Source of the DNA: Candidatus Latescibacterota bacterium
Lineage (GTDB): Bacteria; Krumholzibacteriota; Krumholzibacteriia; WVZY01; JAKEHA01
Assembly: GCA_963707635.1 (NCBI GenBank)
Contig: OY970173.1
Location: 1,248,001-1,312,000 of the forward strand
Direction of reading: 5' to 3'
DNA length: 64,000 bases
A program made the position numbers and the translations under genes. Below the pieces are notes generated by a model. The model made no database searches and had not been told where the DNA came from. It was given only the letters and a program-made list of their open reading frames with translations. The number at the start of each line of letters is the position of its first letter. The first letter of the stretch is position 1. Positions 46,046 through 55,846 of the stretch are shown here, piece after piece.

Positions 46046-47468
46046 GACGACGGAACACCGAACGAATGACCGACAGCCAGGTCCAGTCCGTGACGGACTG
46101 TTCGCGCGCGGCCTTGCGGAGCAGGAGGACCGAACAGCCGCCGAACACGATGTTGGGCCCCCACATCGCCATGAAGGGGCTCGCGAGCCCGCGGTCCGCG
46201 AGCTTCTCGCCGCCGATCAGGCACACGTAGTAGACGAGGAAGAACACGAGGCTCAATCCGATCGCCATGTTCATCCCCGCACGACCCATGCGGATCGCGA
46301 GCGGTGCGCCGAGCATCACGAAAATCACGCACGCGAAGGGGATCGAGTACTTCTTCTGGATTTCGACGTTGTAGCGGTCGATCTGCTTGACGAACGACTC
46401 GTTCTGGTCGACCACGGTCTCGATGCGCTCGCGCGATATGTACTCGCTGCGCGCCGCGAGCGGGATCGGCGAGGCGGTGCCGGGCGTGCGCACGCCCGGC
46501 CGCACGCGCGGCGGTTCGCGGGTGGTGCGCGCCGCGGTGCTGGAGTCCTGCTCCGCGGCCCGGCGCGCCCGCGTGTTCGCGTCGAGCCACCCGAAGGTCT
46601 CGTCCATGGATTCCCGGGCGTCGCGAATCATCTTCTGACGACCGACCGCGATTTCAGTCCGAATCTCGGCGATCTTGTCGCGCATCATGCGCACGCTCAT
46701 CTCGCGGTCGCCCCGGTAATCGCGCTCGGTGCGCTGCAGCGAACGATCCACGTCGCGGATGTTCAGGGTGTACTCGCGGAAGGTGGTGCGACGATAGGTC
46801 TCGCGGTTCTTGCCGGCGGGGAGTTCATGGATCTCGCCGTTGATTAGATCGATACGCAGGACATTCTGCGCTTCGATGAACTGGAGATGTCCCGATTCCG
46901 CCACGATGGTGGTGGGGAGCTGATTCTTGTCGGCGTGCTTGAAGATCTGTACGTCGGTGATGTCGCCGGTGCGATCGTTTTTCTGCGCGAAATAGATGGT
47001 ATAGCCCTGCAGATCGTCGATGAAGCGGTTCTCGTGCAGCTCCATCGTCGGCTGCTTGCGATTGATGTCGATGAGGAGATTGAGGAGTCGGTGGTTCGAC
47101 TCGGGCAGCACGTGGTTGTTGTAGTAGGTCAGGCCGATGGTGAGGAAGATCGCTCCGATCAGCCCGGGGCGGATCATGCGGTAGATGCTGAAGCCGCATG
47201 CGCGCATCGCCGTGATTTCATTTTCGCCCGCCAGCGTGCCGTAGGTCATGAGCGTCGCGGGCAAAACGGCCATTGGTATGATCAATGCAAACATGTGACC
47301 GAGACTGAGCGTAAATGCTTGCAATACAATGTGAAACTTCACTCCCTTGCCCAGGAACAGATCGATGTAGCGGAGGATGAAATCCATTATGAACACGAAG
47401 GTTATTACCGCGATCGAGAAGAAGAACGGGCCAAGGTAGTTGCGAAGGATGTAGCGCTCGAAGATCAT
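46023..47468 (-). CDS. lptF: LPS export permease LptF (YjgP/YjgQ family)
   Basis: ERYIL, IPMAVL, ENEITAMRACG.S, VEIQKKYSIPFAC, AMW.PN. Confidence 0.88.
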   Translation of the reverse strand: MIFERYILRNYLGPFFFSIAVITFVFIMDFILRYIDLFLGKGVKFHIVLQAFTLSLGHMFALIIPMAVLPATLMTYGTLAGENEITAMRACGFSIYRMIRPGLIGAIFLTIGLTYYNNHVLPESNHRLLNLLIDINRKQPTMELHENRFIDDLQGYTIYFAQKNDRTGDITDVQIFKHADKNQLPTTIVAESGHLQFIEAQNVLRIDLINGEIHELPAGKNRETYRRTTFREYTLNIRDVDRSLQRTERDYRGDREMSVRMMRDKIAEIRTEIAVGRQKMIRDARESMDETFGWLDANTRARRAAEQDSSTAARTTREPPRVRPGVRTPGTASPIPLAARSEYISRERIETVVDQNESFVKQIDRYNVEIQKKYSIPFACVIFVMLGAPLAIRMGRAGMNMAIGLSLVFFLVYYVCLIGGEKLADRGLASPFMAMWGPNIVFGGCSVLLLRKAAREQSVTDWTWLSVIRSVFRRHAPANSR

Positions 47469-47802
47469 CGGCGGACGTCATGTCCGGGGAGGAATTTTCC
47501 CGACAGACCTCTGAATAATTACCCATAAGCGGTTTATCGACAAGACGTTTTATCGATGACGCCCCCTGACTCCGCGACGCGCGGTGGCGCCGATACGGAG
47601 GCAGTTTCACCGGGACGGTGGGGGTGTTTGGTCTTCCGGCTGGACCTGTCGCCGAAGAGCGACAGTTTCGCCGGACTCCGTCCCCGATTGTGGACGAGCC
47701 GAGCCCAGGATTCGATGCGCGGGCCCCACGAGAAGGTGATCCGAATCCACCATCGAGCAGACTGGAAGCGACGTGCCGAGCTGTTTTTCCTGGTTCTCCA
47801 CG

Positions 47803-50800
47803 ATGCGATTGAAGACCGCGTGTCGCGTTTCCCCGGCGTCTCTGCTCGCCGTCGCCGCCCTCGCCTTCGCGCTCATCGCTGACGCGCGCGCCCAGACCGT
47901 CGAGTCCATCCAGCCCTTCGCGATCGACCTCCGCGTTGTCGGAAAGTACTACGACACCCTCTATCACGACCCCGTCACCGGCGAGCTGACGGACTCGGTC
48001 GCCGTGTTCGACTGGGAGCACACTCGCTTCGGGACCCTCGGGTACCGGGTGAAAACTCTCCTGCCGACCGATGCCCGCGCGACGCGCGACGTGGTCGACT
48101 ACACCGTGGTGCCCGGCTACCGCGCACGCTTCACCGTGCCGCGCACCGCGTTCTTCGAATCCACCGAACAGGAACTCGGCGCGGTGCTCGTCATGCAGCC
48201 GCGCGACATGTCCATCCCGGACCTGCGCGTGGAGCTGACTCCGATGGACGACGTCGTCGACGAGATCGAGCGGCGATCGCGCCAGCAGGTGTGGGCAGAG
48301 ACCGCGCGCGCGTCGCTCGCCGCCGGCGTGGTATCCACCACCACGTCCGGCGGCATCGTCTTCAACATACCGCTCCCGATGCCCAAGAGCCTGGAGTCGA
48401 TATTCGGCCCCGGCGAGAAGACGAGCATCACCATCAAGGGGCGCGAAGAGATCACGCTGGCCGGAGAGACGAGCATCGTGGATCCCTTCATCGGCATCGA
48501 GGGCCGCGAGAACCAGTCGCTGTTTCCGTCGCTCGACATGCAGCAGAAACTCGACGTGAGTCTCACCGGAACCATCGGCGACAAGGTGAGCATCCAGGTC
48601 GACCACTCGAGCGAGGCGATCGGCGACGACGCCAATCGCGTGCGCCTGGCATACACGGGCTACGAAGACGAAGTCATCCAGCTGATCGAGCTGGGAAACA
48701 CGAGCCTCTCGCTCCCGGGCTCGCAGCTGGTGAGTTTCTCGACCAGCGCGCAGGGACTCTTCGGGGTCAAGATGCTGGCCAAGATGGGGGCGACCGACAT
48801 CACGCTGATCGCTTCGAAGCAGGAGGGCGAGCTTTCCAGCTCGGTGTTTTCGCCGACCGGCGGGACGCTGGGGCAGGCGGAAGCGCGCGTGATCCGCGAT
48901 ATCGACTACGTGAAGAACAAGTACTTCTATTTCGACAATCCGAGCAGCTTCATCGGGCCCGACGACGGAAAACTGATCGAGGTCTACCGGACCGTCACCC
49001 AGCAGGACCTGATCGTGAACCCGGGCATCAACCGGCTGCCGGGGTGGGCGATCGCGGATTCGCTGGGATACGGACAGGGCATCGACGAGGCGGTGGATTC
49101 GATCCGGGCGGGCGGCACACCGCGCGGCGCGCTCCAGCAGGACTTCCAGCTCCTCCAGAAGGACGTGGACTATTTCTTCATCCTCAATTCGAGGACCAAC
49201 GACGTGGTCGGACTCGAGCTGTCGGATGCGATCCCGGACGCCGCGCTCAAGTCGCTCGCGGTCCGCTACACGACGCGCGAGCTGGAGACGCCGGTGTTTC
49301 TGCCCTCGAAGCCGATCGGCGGCTCGTACTCGACCTACTCGCTCCCGCCCGACCCGGTGAAGGGGGACATGCTGATCCTGGAGATGTTGAAAGCGCCGGA
49401 GCCGCGCCCGACTCCATCGCTGTTCCCGGGGACGTGGGACCTCATGATCCGCAACATCTACAACCTCGGGCTCACCAACATCGACGGCAGCACGCTCGAG
49501 GTCACCATCGAGGACGTGTTCAACCCCCGGCTGAACCCGGCGCTGCCCGACACGTCCGACGTCCCCTACCTGCGCATCTTCGGCCTGGATCGCACCGACC
49601 GGACCGGCACCGGCAAACCCGACGATCGCATCGACCTGACGTCGGGACTGGTGAACCTGAATACCGGCGTGCTCCAGTTCCCGGTGCTCGAACCATTCAC
49701 CCCGCCGGCCGACAGCGTCGCCCGCTGGACCGACGGGCGCTTTTCGTTCACCGGCGCTGCCCGCACGGAGCAGTACAACACCTCCACGCGCATCTACAAC
49801 GAACGGCTCAATCCGACCACCGAGCAGGAGGTGCACCAGTACGTCATTAAGGTAACCGCGGTGTCGACCTCGAAGACCTTCCGTATCAACGCGCTCAATA
49901 TCGTCGAGAACAGCGAAACGATCACGATCAACAACGAAAAGCTCGCCCGCGGGACCGACTACGACATCGACTACGCGACCGGGGAAGTGACGCTCAAGGA
50001 AGGAGCGCTCACGAAGCTCACCCCCGACGCGCGCATCAGCGTCGAGTACGAGTTCAAACCGCTGGGTGGTGGGGGTTCGAGCACGCTCGCCGGCTTCGCG
50101 ACGACGTCGCAGCTCGGCCAGAACCTCCGCATCGGAACCTCGGGCCTCTACGAGTCGAAGAGCTCGAGCGACAACCGGCCGCGCCTGGGCGAGGAGCCGA
50201 CGCGCGCGATCGTCGGCGGCATCACGGCGAGCTATCAGCACCAGTCGCGGCTCCTGACCGACCTCGCGAACCTCCTGCCGTACGTGGACACCGACGCGCC
50301 CAGCACGATCAACCTGGATGGAGAGCTCGCGGCCAGCCTTCCCAATCCGAATACCAAGAACGAGGCGTACATCGACGACTTCGAAGGGATCGAAGACACC
50401 GACCGTATTTCGCTGGCGCGGCGCGCGTGGTACCCGGCGAGTCTCCCGTTCGACGCGGGTACGTACAAGGCGGCGTCGGACCGGCTCGATTTCATCTGGT
50501 ACAACATCGAACCGAACCTCGGCGTCCACCGGCGCGACCTGAACCCGACGTTGGACGAACAGGAAAACACGCTCGTGCAGTCGCTCGACATCGACGTGGG
50601 CGCGATGCCGGCGGTGGGCGATACCACGTCGTTCGCCGGGATCATCCTCGGCGTTCCCGGCGGTGGGCTGGATCTCTCGCAGGGCCAGTTCATCGAGCTG
50701 TGGGTGAACGACTTCAAACCCGACCCGATCATGCGGGGGGGAAAGCTCCACATCGATTTGGGCATCATCGACGAGAATTTCCACGACCCGGGGAACGAAG

Positions 50801-53800
50801 ACCCGAGCACGAATTTCGACGACGAGGACAAGCTGCGCGACGGGTTCGCGGCCGCCTTCGACGACACCGGGCTCGACGGCCTGTTCGACGCCGAAGAGCC
50901 CGGCTTCTCGGATTCGAACCCAGACCCCAACGGCGACGACATCCTCCTGTCGCGAATCGATGGGCGCTTCAGCAAGGCCAACGGCACCGAGGCCAACCTC
51001 AACTACGACACCGAGGACCTCGATCGCAACGGGCAGCTCACGCGCGAGAACGCCTACTTCAGCTACGTGATCGACCTGGCCGACACCGCGCAGATCGACA
51101 TCCGCGCCAGCTACCCCGGCTACGACGGGTTCGACGACGCCGGGCACGGGAACGACTCCTGGAGGCTCTACCGCGTGAAGCTCTCCAACCACACGGTGGT
51201 GGCGACGAGCGGGCTGCAGCCGCGCCTGGACGAGATCCGGCACGTGCGCATCTGGTTCGACGACGTCAGCGCGGTGGTGCGGGACGACAACGAAGTCGGC
51301 CGCCGCCGCCTTCAGATCTCGGAGTTTTCCATCGAAGGCAACCGCTGGGAGCTCGACGGCGTGCGCAACCTGTACGACGACGAAGTGACGGCCACCGGCG
51401 CCGATTTTGCGATCGGCGTGATTAGCACGAAGACGGACCCCGGCTACTACCACCCGCCGGTCGTGCCCAACCAGAAGAACGAAGTGTCGGACAAGGAATC
51501 CTCGCTGGCCCTTCGTTACACCGGGCTGCCCAACGGGACGTCGGTGCAGATCCTCAAGCGTTTCCCCGGCCAGGGGCTGAACCTGACCCTCTACCGCGAT
51601 CTCAATTTCTGGGCGCACACCGACTCGCTGCGCGCCGGCCTCGAGTACTACTTCCGCATGGGGTCGAACGAGGACAACTATTACGAGGTGGCGGTTCCGT
51701 TCACGGGAACCTACTACAACGAAACCGGCTGGGCGCGCGTCGTCTTGAGCCTCGCGGACCTGACCAACCTCAAGTTCGAAGCCCAGGACAGCGTCGTGAC
51801 CGGCACCGCGACCGACATCGCGGACCCGAGCCGCGTGTACCCGATTCGCATGCGCGGGCTCCCCAACCTGACCGGCGTCCGGTTTCTGTTCGCGGGCGTG
51901 CGCAACGTGAGCGGCGGGCCCGCGCGAGCAGGCGAGCTGTGGATGGACGACATCTTCACCGGCGACGTGATGCGCGACGCCGACCACGCGGAGCGCTTGA
52001 GCGCGAACGTGAGCCTGGCGGGTGGTGCGTTGAGCGTGGGCGGCAACTGGTCCCGCACTGGCGCGGACTACCACGGGCTGCGCCAGACGAGGGGAAGCGG
52101 GTCCGACCAGACCACGCTGGGACTCAACGCTCGCACCGATCTCCAGTACTTCATCCCGCTCGGCGGGTTCTCGATACCGATCTCGGGCAACTACGGGGTG
52201 TTCAGCTCGCGGCCCAAGTTCCCACCGAACAGCGACACCGAAATCCTCGACCCGGCGGTTGCCGACAGCTTGGGCACCGAGCGGAAGACGCGCACGTTTT
52301 CCACCTCGCTTTCCAAGCGATCCCCGTCGACGGGTTTTCTGATGCGCTATACGCTCGACCGGATCCGGCCGACGTTCGCGTATAGTGATCAACGCGGCAT
52401 CAGCCCGTCGGTGCGTGACACCACCACCAACATGTCCGGTTCCATCGGCTACCAGCTCACCTGGGGGGACAAGACCTTCAAGCTCTTTGGCAAGACCCGG
52501 ATGCGATGGATGCTCAACCAGATCGATTTTTCGGTCTCCGCGAACCGCCAGACCGCGACGCGCTGGACCTTCGTCAACGGCGTCTTCGTCGAGAGCCCCT
52601 ACCAGTACAGTGCGTCCATGCGGCAGCAGGGGTCGGTGCGCTACGCGCCGTTCCGGTCGCTCGACGGGAACTTCAACGGATTCGTGTTGCGCGACGTCGG
52701 CCTCGAGCACGAGTGGGCGGGGATCAACATCGGCCAGGAGATTGCGCGCGGCGAGAATCTCCACGTCTCGTTCGCGCCCAGGTGGATCGGCCTGCGCCTG
52801 TTTGAACCCACGATCGAAGTGCAGACGAACTACAACGAAGACTCCGGCCCCAACGTCAGGGGCTCGGGCGACCCGGAGGGCACGCGCAATGTTTCCGCCG
52901 CAAGGAACGACTCGGGCAAGCTGCGCTTCGACCTCGGGAAGCAACTCGCGACGCTGTTCAAGGTGTTCGGGTGGGAGCCCGGGGCGTTCACGGGGCGGGC
53001 CGCGCCCGCGAACCCGACCGACCCCTCCGGTCAGGCCGGCAGCGGAGAGCCGGCCGGCGCCGCGCCGGATTCGACCGCGCAAGAGCCGACAACCGCGCAG
53101 AAGCCCCGCCCGAGCATCGGCAGCCTCGGCACCCGGCTCGGCCAGATCATGGTGTCGGTCCGCCCGATCCAGTTCAACGTGCAACACCGGGAGAACACGT
53201 CCTACATGCGCATTCCGGATCGTCCCGACATCGCGTACCAGTTGGGGATCACGACCGACACGGGCCTCGAGGAGGACGGCGAGCCGATCGACCAGCCCGA
53301 CCAGCGCACCGAGAACTGGAGTTTCAGCCTGGACTCGAGCGTGCAGCTCTCGAAGACCTTCGACATGCAGGGGCGCTACTCGCGCCAGGTCTCCGACTCG
53401 GATTTTCGCGCCAGCCAGTCACGATCGAAAAACGTCTCCTGGCCCGACCTGCAGGCCAACTGGGACGGGCTCGGAAGTTTTCGCCCGCTGCGACCGATCG
53501 TGGAAAACGGACAGTTGACGATGAGCTATGGCAAGACGCACAACGAGTCCGGGCAACGCGACGAACCGCCCGTTTCCACCAACGAGACCCTCATTTTCAC
53601 GCCCGCGATCGTTCTGGGGTGGAAAAACCAGTTGAACACGACACTCAACTTCTCCTACTCGTCGAATACCAGCGAAACGCTCGGTTCGGCGTCCAAGTCC
53701 ACGTCCGGTAGCTTGAACCTAGACCTCAAGCGCAACTTTCGCGGTGGCGGCGGTCTCAACTTTTTTGGCAAGAAGATGGCGTGGAAGAACGAGATGGAGA

Positions 53801-54036
53801 CGAGCCTCATCCTCACGTACACGAGGTCGGGCGGCGAGCGCTCGACGCCCGGGTCATCGCTGGTAGAGCCGATTCCGTCCACAACGTCATTGCGCGTGGC
53901 CCCGACGGTGCGGTACTTCTTCTCCCGCAACATCAACGGCAGCGCGTTCGTCGACTTTTCGCGAAGCTTTGCCGAACAGTCCGACCAGACCACGACGGTG
54001 GTGCGGGTGGGCGTTTCGGCGGTGATCACGTTCTAG
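47803..54036 (+). CDS. sprA: SprA/Sov-like type IX secretion outer-membrane translocon
   Basis: About 2080 aa; signal peptide; D..QKL.V.LTGTIGDK...VD..S, L.YTG.EDEVIQ.IE.GN.S..LP......GLFG.K, WDLMIRNIY.L, AYIDDFEG, L.IDLG.I.E, DTEDL..NG; beta-strand-rich C-terminus ending in Phe; start 47773 or 47803. Confidence 0.88.
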   Translation: MRLKTACRVSPASLLAVAALAFALIADARAQTVESIQPFAIDLRVVGKYYDTLYHDPVTGELTDSVAVFDWEHTRFGTLGYRVKTLLPTDARATRDVVDYTVVPGYRARFTVPRTAFFESTEQELGAVLVMQPRDMSIPDLRVELTPMDDVVDEIERRSRQQVWAETARASLAAGVVSTTTSGGIVFNIPLPMPKSLESIFGPGEKTSITIKGREEITLAGETSIVDPFIGIEGRENQSLFPSLDMQQKLDVSLTGTIGDKVSIQVDHSSEAIGDDANRVRLAYTGYEDEVIQLIELGNTSLSLPGSQLVSFSTSAQGLFGVKMLAKMGATDITLIASKQEGELSSSVFSPTGGTLGQAEARVIRDIDYVKNKYFYFDNPSSFIGPDDGKLIEVYRTVTQQDLIVNPGINRLPGWAIADSLGYGQGIDEAVDSIRAGGTPRGALQQDFQLLQKDVDYFFILNSRTNDVVGLELSDAIPDAALKSLAVRYTTRELETPVFLPSKPIGGSYSTYSLPPDPVKGDMLILEMLKAPEPRPTPSLFPGTWDLMIRNIYNLGLTNIDGSTLEVTIEDVFNPRLNPALPDTSDVPYLRIFGLDRTDRTGTGKPDDRIDLTSGLVNLNTGVLQFPVLEPFTPPADSVARWTDGRFSFTGAARTEQYNTSTRIYNERLNPTTEQEVHQYVIKVTAVSTSKTFRINALNIVENSETITINNEKLARGTDYDIDYATGEVTLKEGALTKLTPDARISVEYEFKPLGGGGSSTLAGFATTSQLGQNLRIGTSGLYESKSSSDNRPRLGEEPTRAIVGGITASYQHQSRLLTDLANLLPYVDTDAPSTINLDGELAASLPNPNTKNEAYIDDFEGIEDTDRISLARRAWYPASLPFDAGTYKAASDRLDFIWYNIEPNLGVHRRDLNPTLDEQENTLVQSLDIDVGAMPAVGDTTSFAGIILGVPGGGLDLSQGQFIELWVNDFKPDPIMRGGKLHIDLGIIDENFHDPGNEDPSTNFDDEDKLRDGFAAAFDDTGLDGLFDAEEPGFSDSNPDPNGDDILLSRIDGRFSKANGTEANLNYDTEDLDRNGQLTRENAYFSYVIDLADTAQIDIRASYPGYDGFDDAGHGNDSWRLYRVKLSNHTVVATSGLQPRLDEIRHVRIWFDDVSAVVRDDNEVGRRRLQISEFSIEGNRWELDGVRNLYDDEVTATGADFAIGVISTKTDPGYYHPPVVPNQKNEVSDKESSLALRYTGLPNGTSVQILKRFPGQGLNLTLYRDLNFWAHTDSLRAGLEYYFRMGSNEDNYYEVAVPFTGTYYNETGWARVVLSLADLTNLKFEAQDSVVTGTATDIADPSRVYPIRMRGLPNLTGVRFLFAGVRNVSGGPARAGELWMDDIFTGDVMRDADHAERLSANVSLAGGALSVGGNWSRTGADYHGLRQTRGSGSDQTTLGLNARTDLQYFIPLGGFSIPISGNYGVFSSRPKFPPNSDTEILDPAVADSLGTERKTRTFSTSLSKRSPSTGFLMRYTLDRIRPTFAYSDQRGISPSVRDTTTNMSGSIGYQLTWGDKTFKLFGKTRMRWMLNQIDFSVSANRQTATRWTFVNGVFVESPYQYSASMRQQGSVRYAPFRSLDGNFNGFVLRDVGLEHEWAGINIGQEIARGENLHVSFAPRWIGLRLFEPTIEVQTNYNEDSGPNVRGSGDPEGTRNVSAARNDSGKLRFDLGKQLATLFKVFGWEPGAFTGRAAPANPTDPSGQAGSGEPAGAAPDSTAQEPTTAQKPRPSIGSLGTRLGQIMVSVRPIQFNVQHRENTSYMRIPDRPDIAYQLGITTDTGLEEDGEPIDQPDQRTENWSFSLDSSVQLSKTFDMQGRYSRQVSDSDFRASQSRSKNVSWPDLQANWDGLGSFRPLRPIVENGQLTMSYGKTHNESGQRDEPPVSTNETLIFTPAIVLGWKNQLNTTLNFSYSSNTSETLGSASKSTSGSLNLDLKRNFRGGGGLNFFGKKMAWKNEMETSLILTYTRSGGERSTPGSSLVEPIPSTTSLRVAPTVRYFFSRNINGSAFVDFSRSFAEQSDQTTTVVRVGVSAVITF

Positions 54037-54037
54037 C

Positions 54038-55003
54038 ATGGCGGTCAGCCCGGCGATTAGATCCCGGCGCGGTACCAGCCGCGACCGGCTCCTGGCGTGG
54101 CACGGCGTCGCCGCAGCACTCGCCCTGGTGGGGGCCGGGTGCGGAGACGCCGCCGAGCCGCCGGCGTTTTCCGCGGACAGCGTCATGGTCCACGTCGAGC
54201 GTCAGCTGTCGTTCGGCCCGCGCGTGCCCGGAACCGCCGCGCGCGACAGCGCGGCCGTGTACCTCGCGGGCGTGCTCCGGCGAGCGGGCGCGACAGTATC
54301 CGTGCAGTCGTTCGAGGTCGACGATCCCTACTCCGAGCGCCCGCTGCGGCTGTTCAACCTCGTCGGGAGCTTCGCTCCCGGGCGATCCCCGCGCGTGATG
54401 CTGGCCGCTCACTACGATTCGCGGCCGTGGGCCGACCAGGAGGCGGACTCGACTTTGTGGTCGCACCCGGTGCCGGCGGGCGTGGACGGCGCCTGCGCAT
54501 CGGCGATCCTGCTGGAAATCGCGCGCATCGTCGGCGCGCGCGCCCCGGACGTGGGCGTCGATGTCGTCCTCTTCGACGGTGAGGACTATGGAAAATCCAA
54601 GGACGTCGCCCACTACCTCCTCGGGTCGAAGCACTTTGCGGCCACGCTCGGCGGATACCGGCCCGCGTGCGCGGTTGTGATCGACATGGTGGGGGGAACG
54701 GGCACGCGCGTGCGCCGCGAAGGCTTCTCGAAACAGGAGGCGCCGCGTCTCGTCGAATGGGTGTTCGGGAGGGCGGCCTCGCTCGGGCTCGACTACTTCG
54801 AGGCGGTGGACGGCGCTCCCATGTACGACGACCACGTCCCGCTCCTGCAGGCGGGCATCCCGACCATCGACCTCTTCGGCTATGGCTACGCCGCCTGGCA
54901 CACACTGCGCGACGACGCGTCGCAGTGCGATCGCGCGAAGATCCAGCAGGTGGGCGTCCTCTTGCGCGACCTCGTCTACCATTTTGATTTCTCTCCGCAC
55001 TGA
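54038..55003 (+). CDS. M28-family lipoprotein, glutaminyl cyclase-like
   Basis: Lipobox VGAGC; FGPRVPG, AHYDSRPWAD, FDGEDYG, IDMVG, DDHVP, WHT..D. Confidence 0.85.
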   Translation: MAVSPAIRSRRGTSRDRLLAWHGVAAALALVGAGCGDAAEPPAFSADSVMVHVERQLSFGPRVPGTAARDSAAVYLAGVLRRAGATVSVQSFEVDDPYSERPLRLFNLVGSFAPGRSPRVMLAAHYDSRPWADQEADSTLWSHPVPAGVDGACASAILLEIARIVGARAPDVGVDVVLFDGEDYGKSKDVAHYLLGSKHFAATLGGYRPACAVVIDMVGGTGTRVRREGFSKQEAPRLVEWVFGRAASLGLDYFEAVDGAPMYDDHVPLLQAGIPTIDLFGYGYAAWHTLRDDASQCDRAKIQQVGVLLRDLVYHFDFSPH

Positions 55004-55006
55004 GGT

Positions 55007-55197
55007 TGGCGGTCGATATATCGGACTCCGCGCTCACCGCTCGCGCGCACAAGTTGGTACGCGCGACTCGCGAGATCGCGCTTCGCCCGACATATCGCCC
55101 GCCAGGGGTGGGATGCGCTCCCTCGGAAGCCAATCCGCAGTCGCGCATATCAACATGTGCGCGGGAGGACGGCGCCCGAGGGAGTGCATCCCACCCC
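55007..55197 (+). repeat. intergenic hairpin repeat, family I copy B (modules 1+2)
   Basis: Module 1 at 55007-55104; module 2 at 55105-55197 (GGGGTGGGATGCGCTCCCTCGG / CCGAGGGAGTGCATCCCACCCC). Confidence 0.92.
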
Positions 55198-55262
55198 CTC
55201 CTAACCCCCTTGCGCTCGCCCGCCCCGTGTGGTATACATTCCCCGGGTTGTTGTAGTGAATG

Positions 55263-55295
55263 AAGTGGGTGGCGGGGCCGCCCACTTTTTGTTTT
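55263..55295 (+). promoter_or_regulatory. rimP leader terminator-like hairpin
   Basis: AAGTGGGTGGC-ggg-GCCGCCCACTT followed by a T-tract just upstream of rimP; promoter-like TTGCGC-N17-TATACAT at 55210-55239. Confidence 0.75.
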
Positions 55296-55327
55296 CCGCC
55301 GTCGGCAGACTGCCCGCCGACCCGATC

Positions 55328-55846
55328 GTGCAGCCACCGGAACTTTCAAAGCTGATCGGCTCCGAACTCGAGCTTCTCGGATTCGAGTGTGTGAAGCTCG
55401 AGGTCGTCGGAAGCGCGCGCAGCCCGATCGTGCGGCTGTTCATCGACAAACCCGGCGGGGTCACGGTGGGGGAGTGCGCGATGGTCAGTCGCACCCTCGG
55501 CCTGGTGCTGGATCGAGAGGATCCGTTTCCCGGGCGCTACCTGCTCGAGGTGTCCTCGCCAGGCAACAACCGCCCGCTGGTCACCGAGGCGCACTTTCAG
55601 CGTTTCGCGGGGAGCGAGGCGCGCGTGTCGACGGAGCGGGTGGGGGAGGGGAGAATCACGTATACAGGGCGTATTCGTTCCTGTACTAATGATGTACTCA
55701 CCCTCGAGACCGACGCCGGCGACGTGGAGATCGGACTTCGCGACGTGACCCGCGCCAACCTCATCAACCAGGAATACAAGATCGACAAGAAACGAGAGAA
55801 AGAGCGGCGCCCGTCACGCGACCAGAGGCGCAGAGGTGAAGAGTAG
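55328..55846 (+). CDS. rimP: ribosome maturation factor RimP (start approximate)
   Basis: VRLFIDKPGGVT..EC..VSR, YLLEVSSPG..RPL. Confidence 0.93.
   Translation: MQPPELSKLIGSELELLGFECVKLEVVGSARSPIVRLFIDKPGGVTVGECAMVSRTLGLVLDREDPFPGRYLLEVSSPGNNRPLVTEAHFQRFAGSEARVSTERVGEGRITYTGRIRSCTNDVLTLETDAGDVEIGLRDVTRANLINQEYKIDKKREKERRPSRDQRRRGEE

Noticed and set aside
47534..47542. DnaA-box-like TTATCGACA in the lptF/sprA spacer
   Set aside because: A single imperfect box with no cluster, DUE or origin-associated genes.
47218..53187. 1989-aa minus-strand ORF and other long antisense ORFs (e.g. 55814-59401, 20261-22480, 2872-4935)
   Set aside because: Shadow frames of real high-GC genes; Arg/Ala/Gly-rich with no recognisable motifs.
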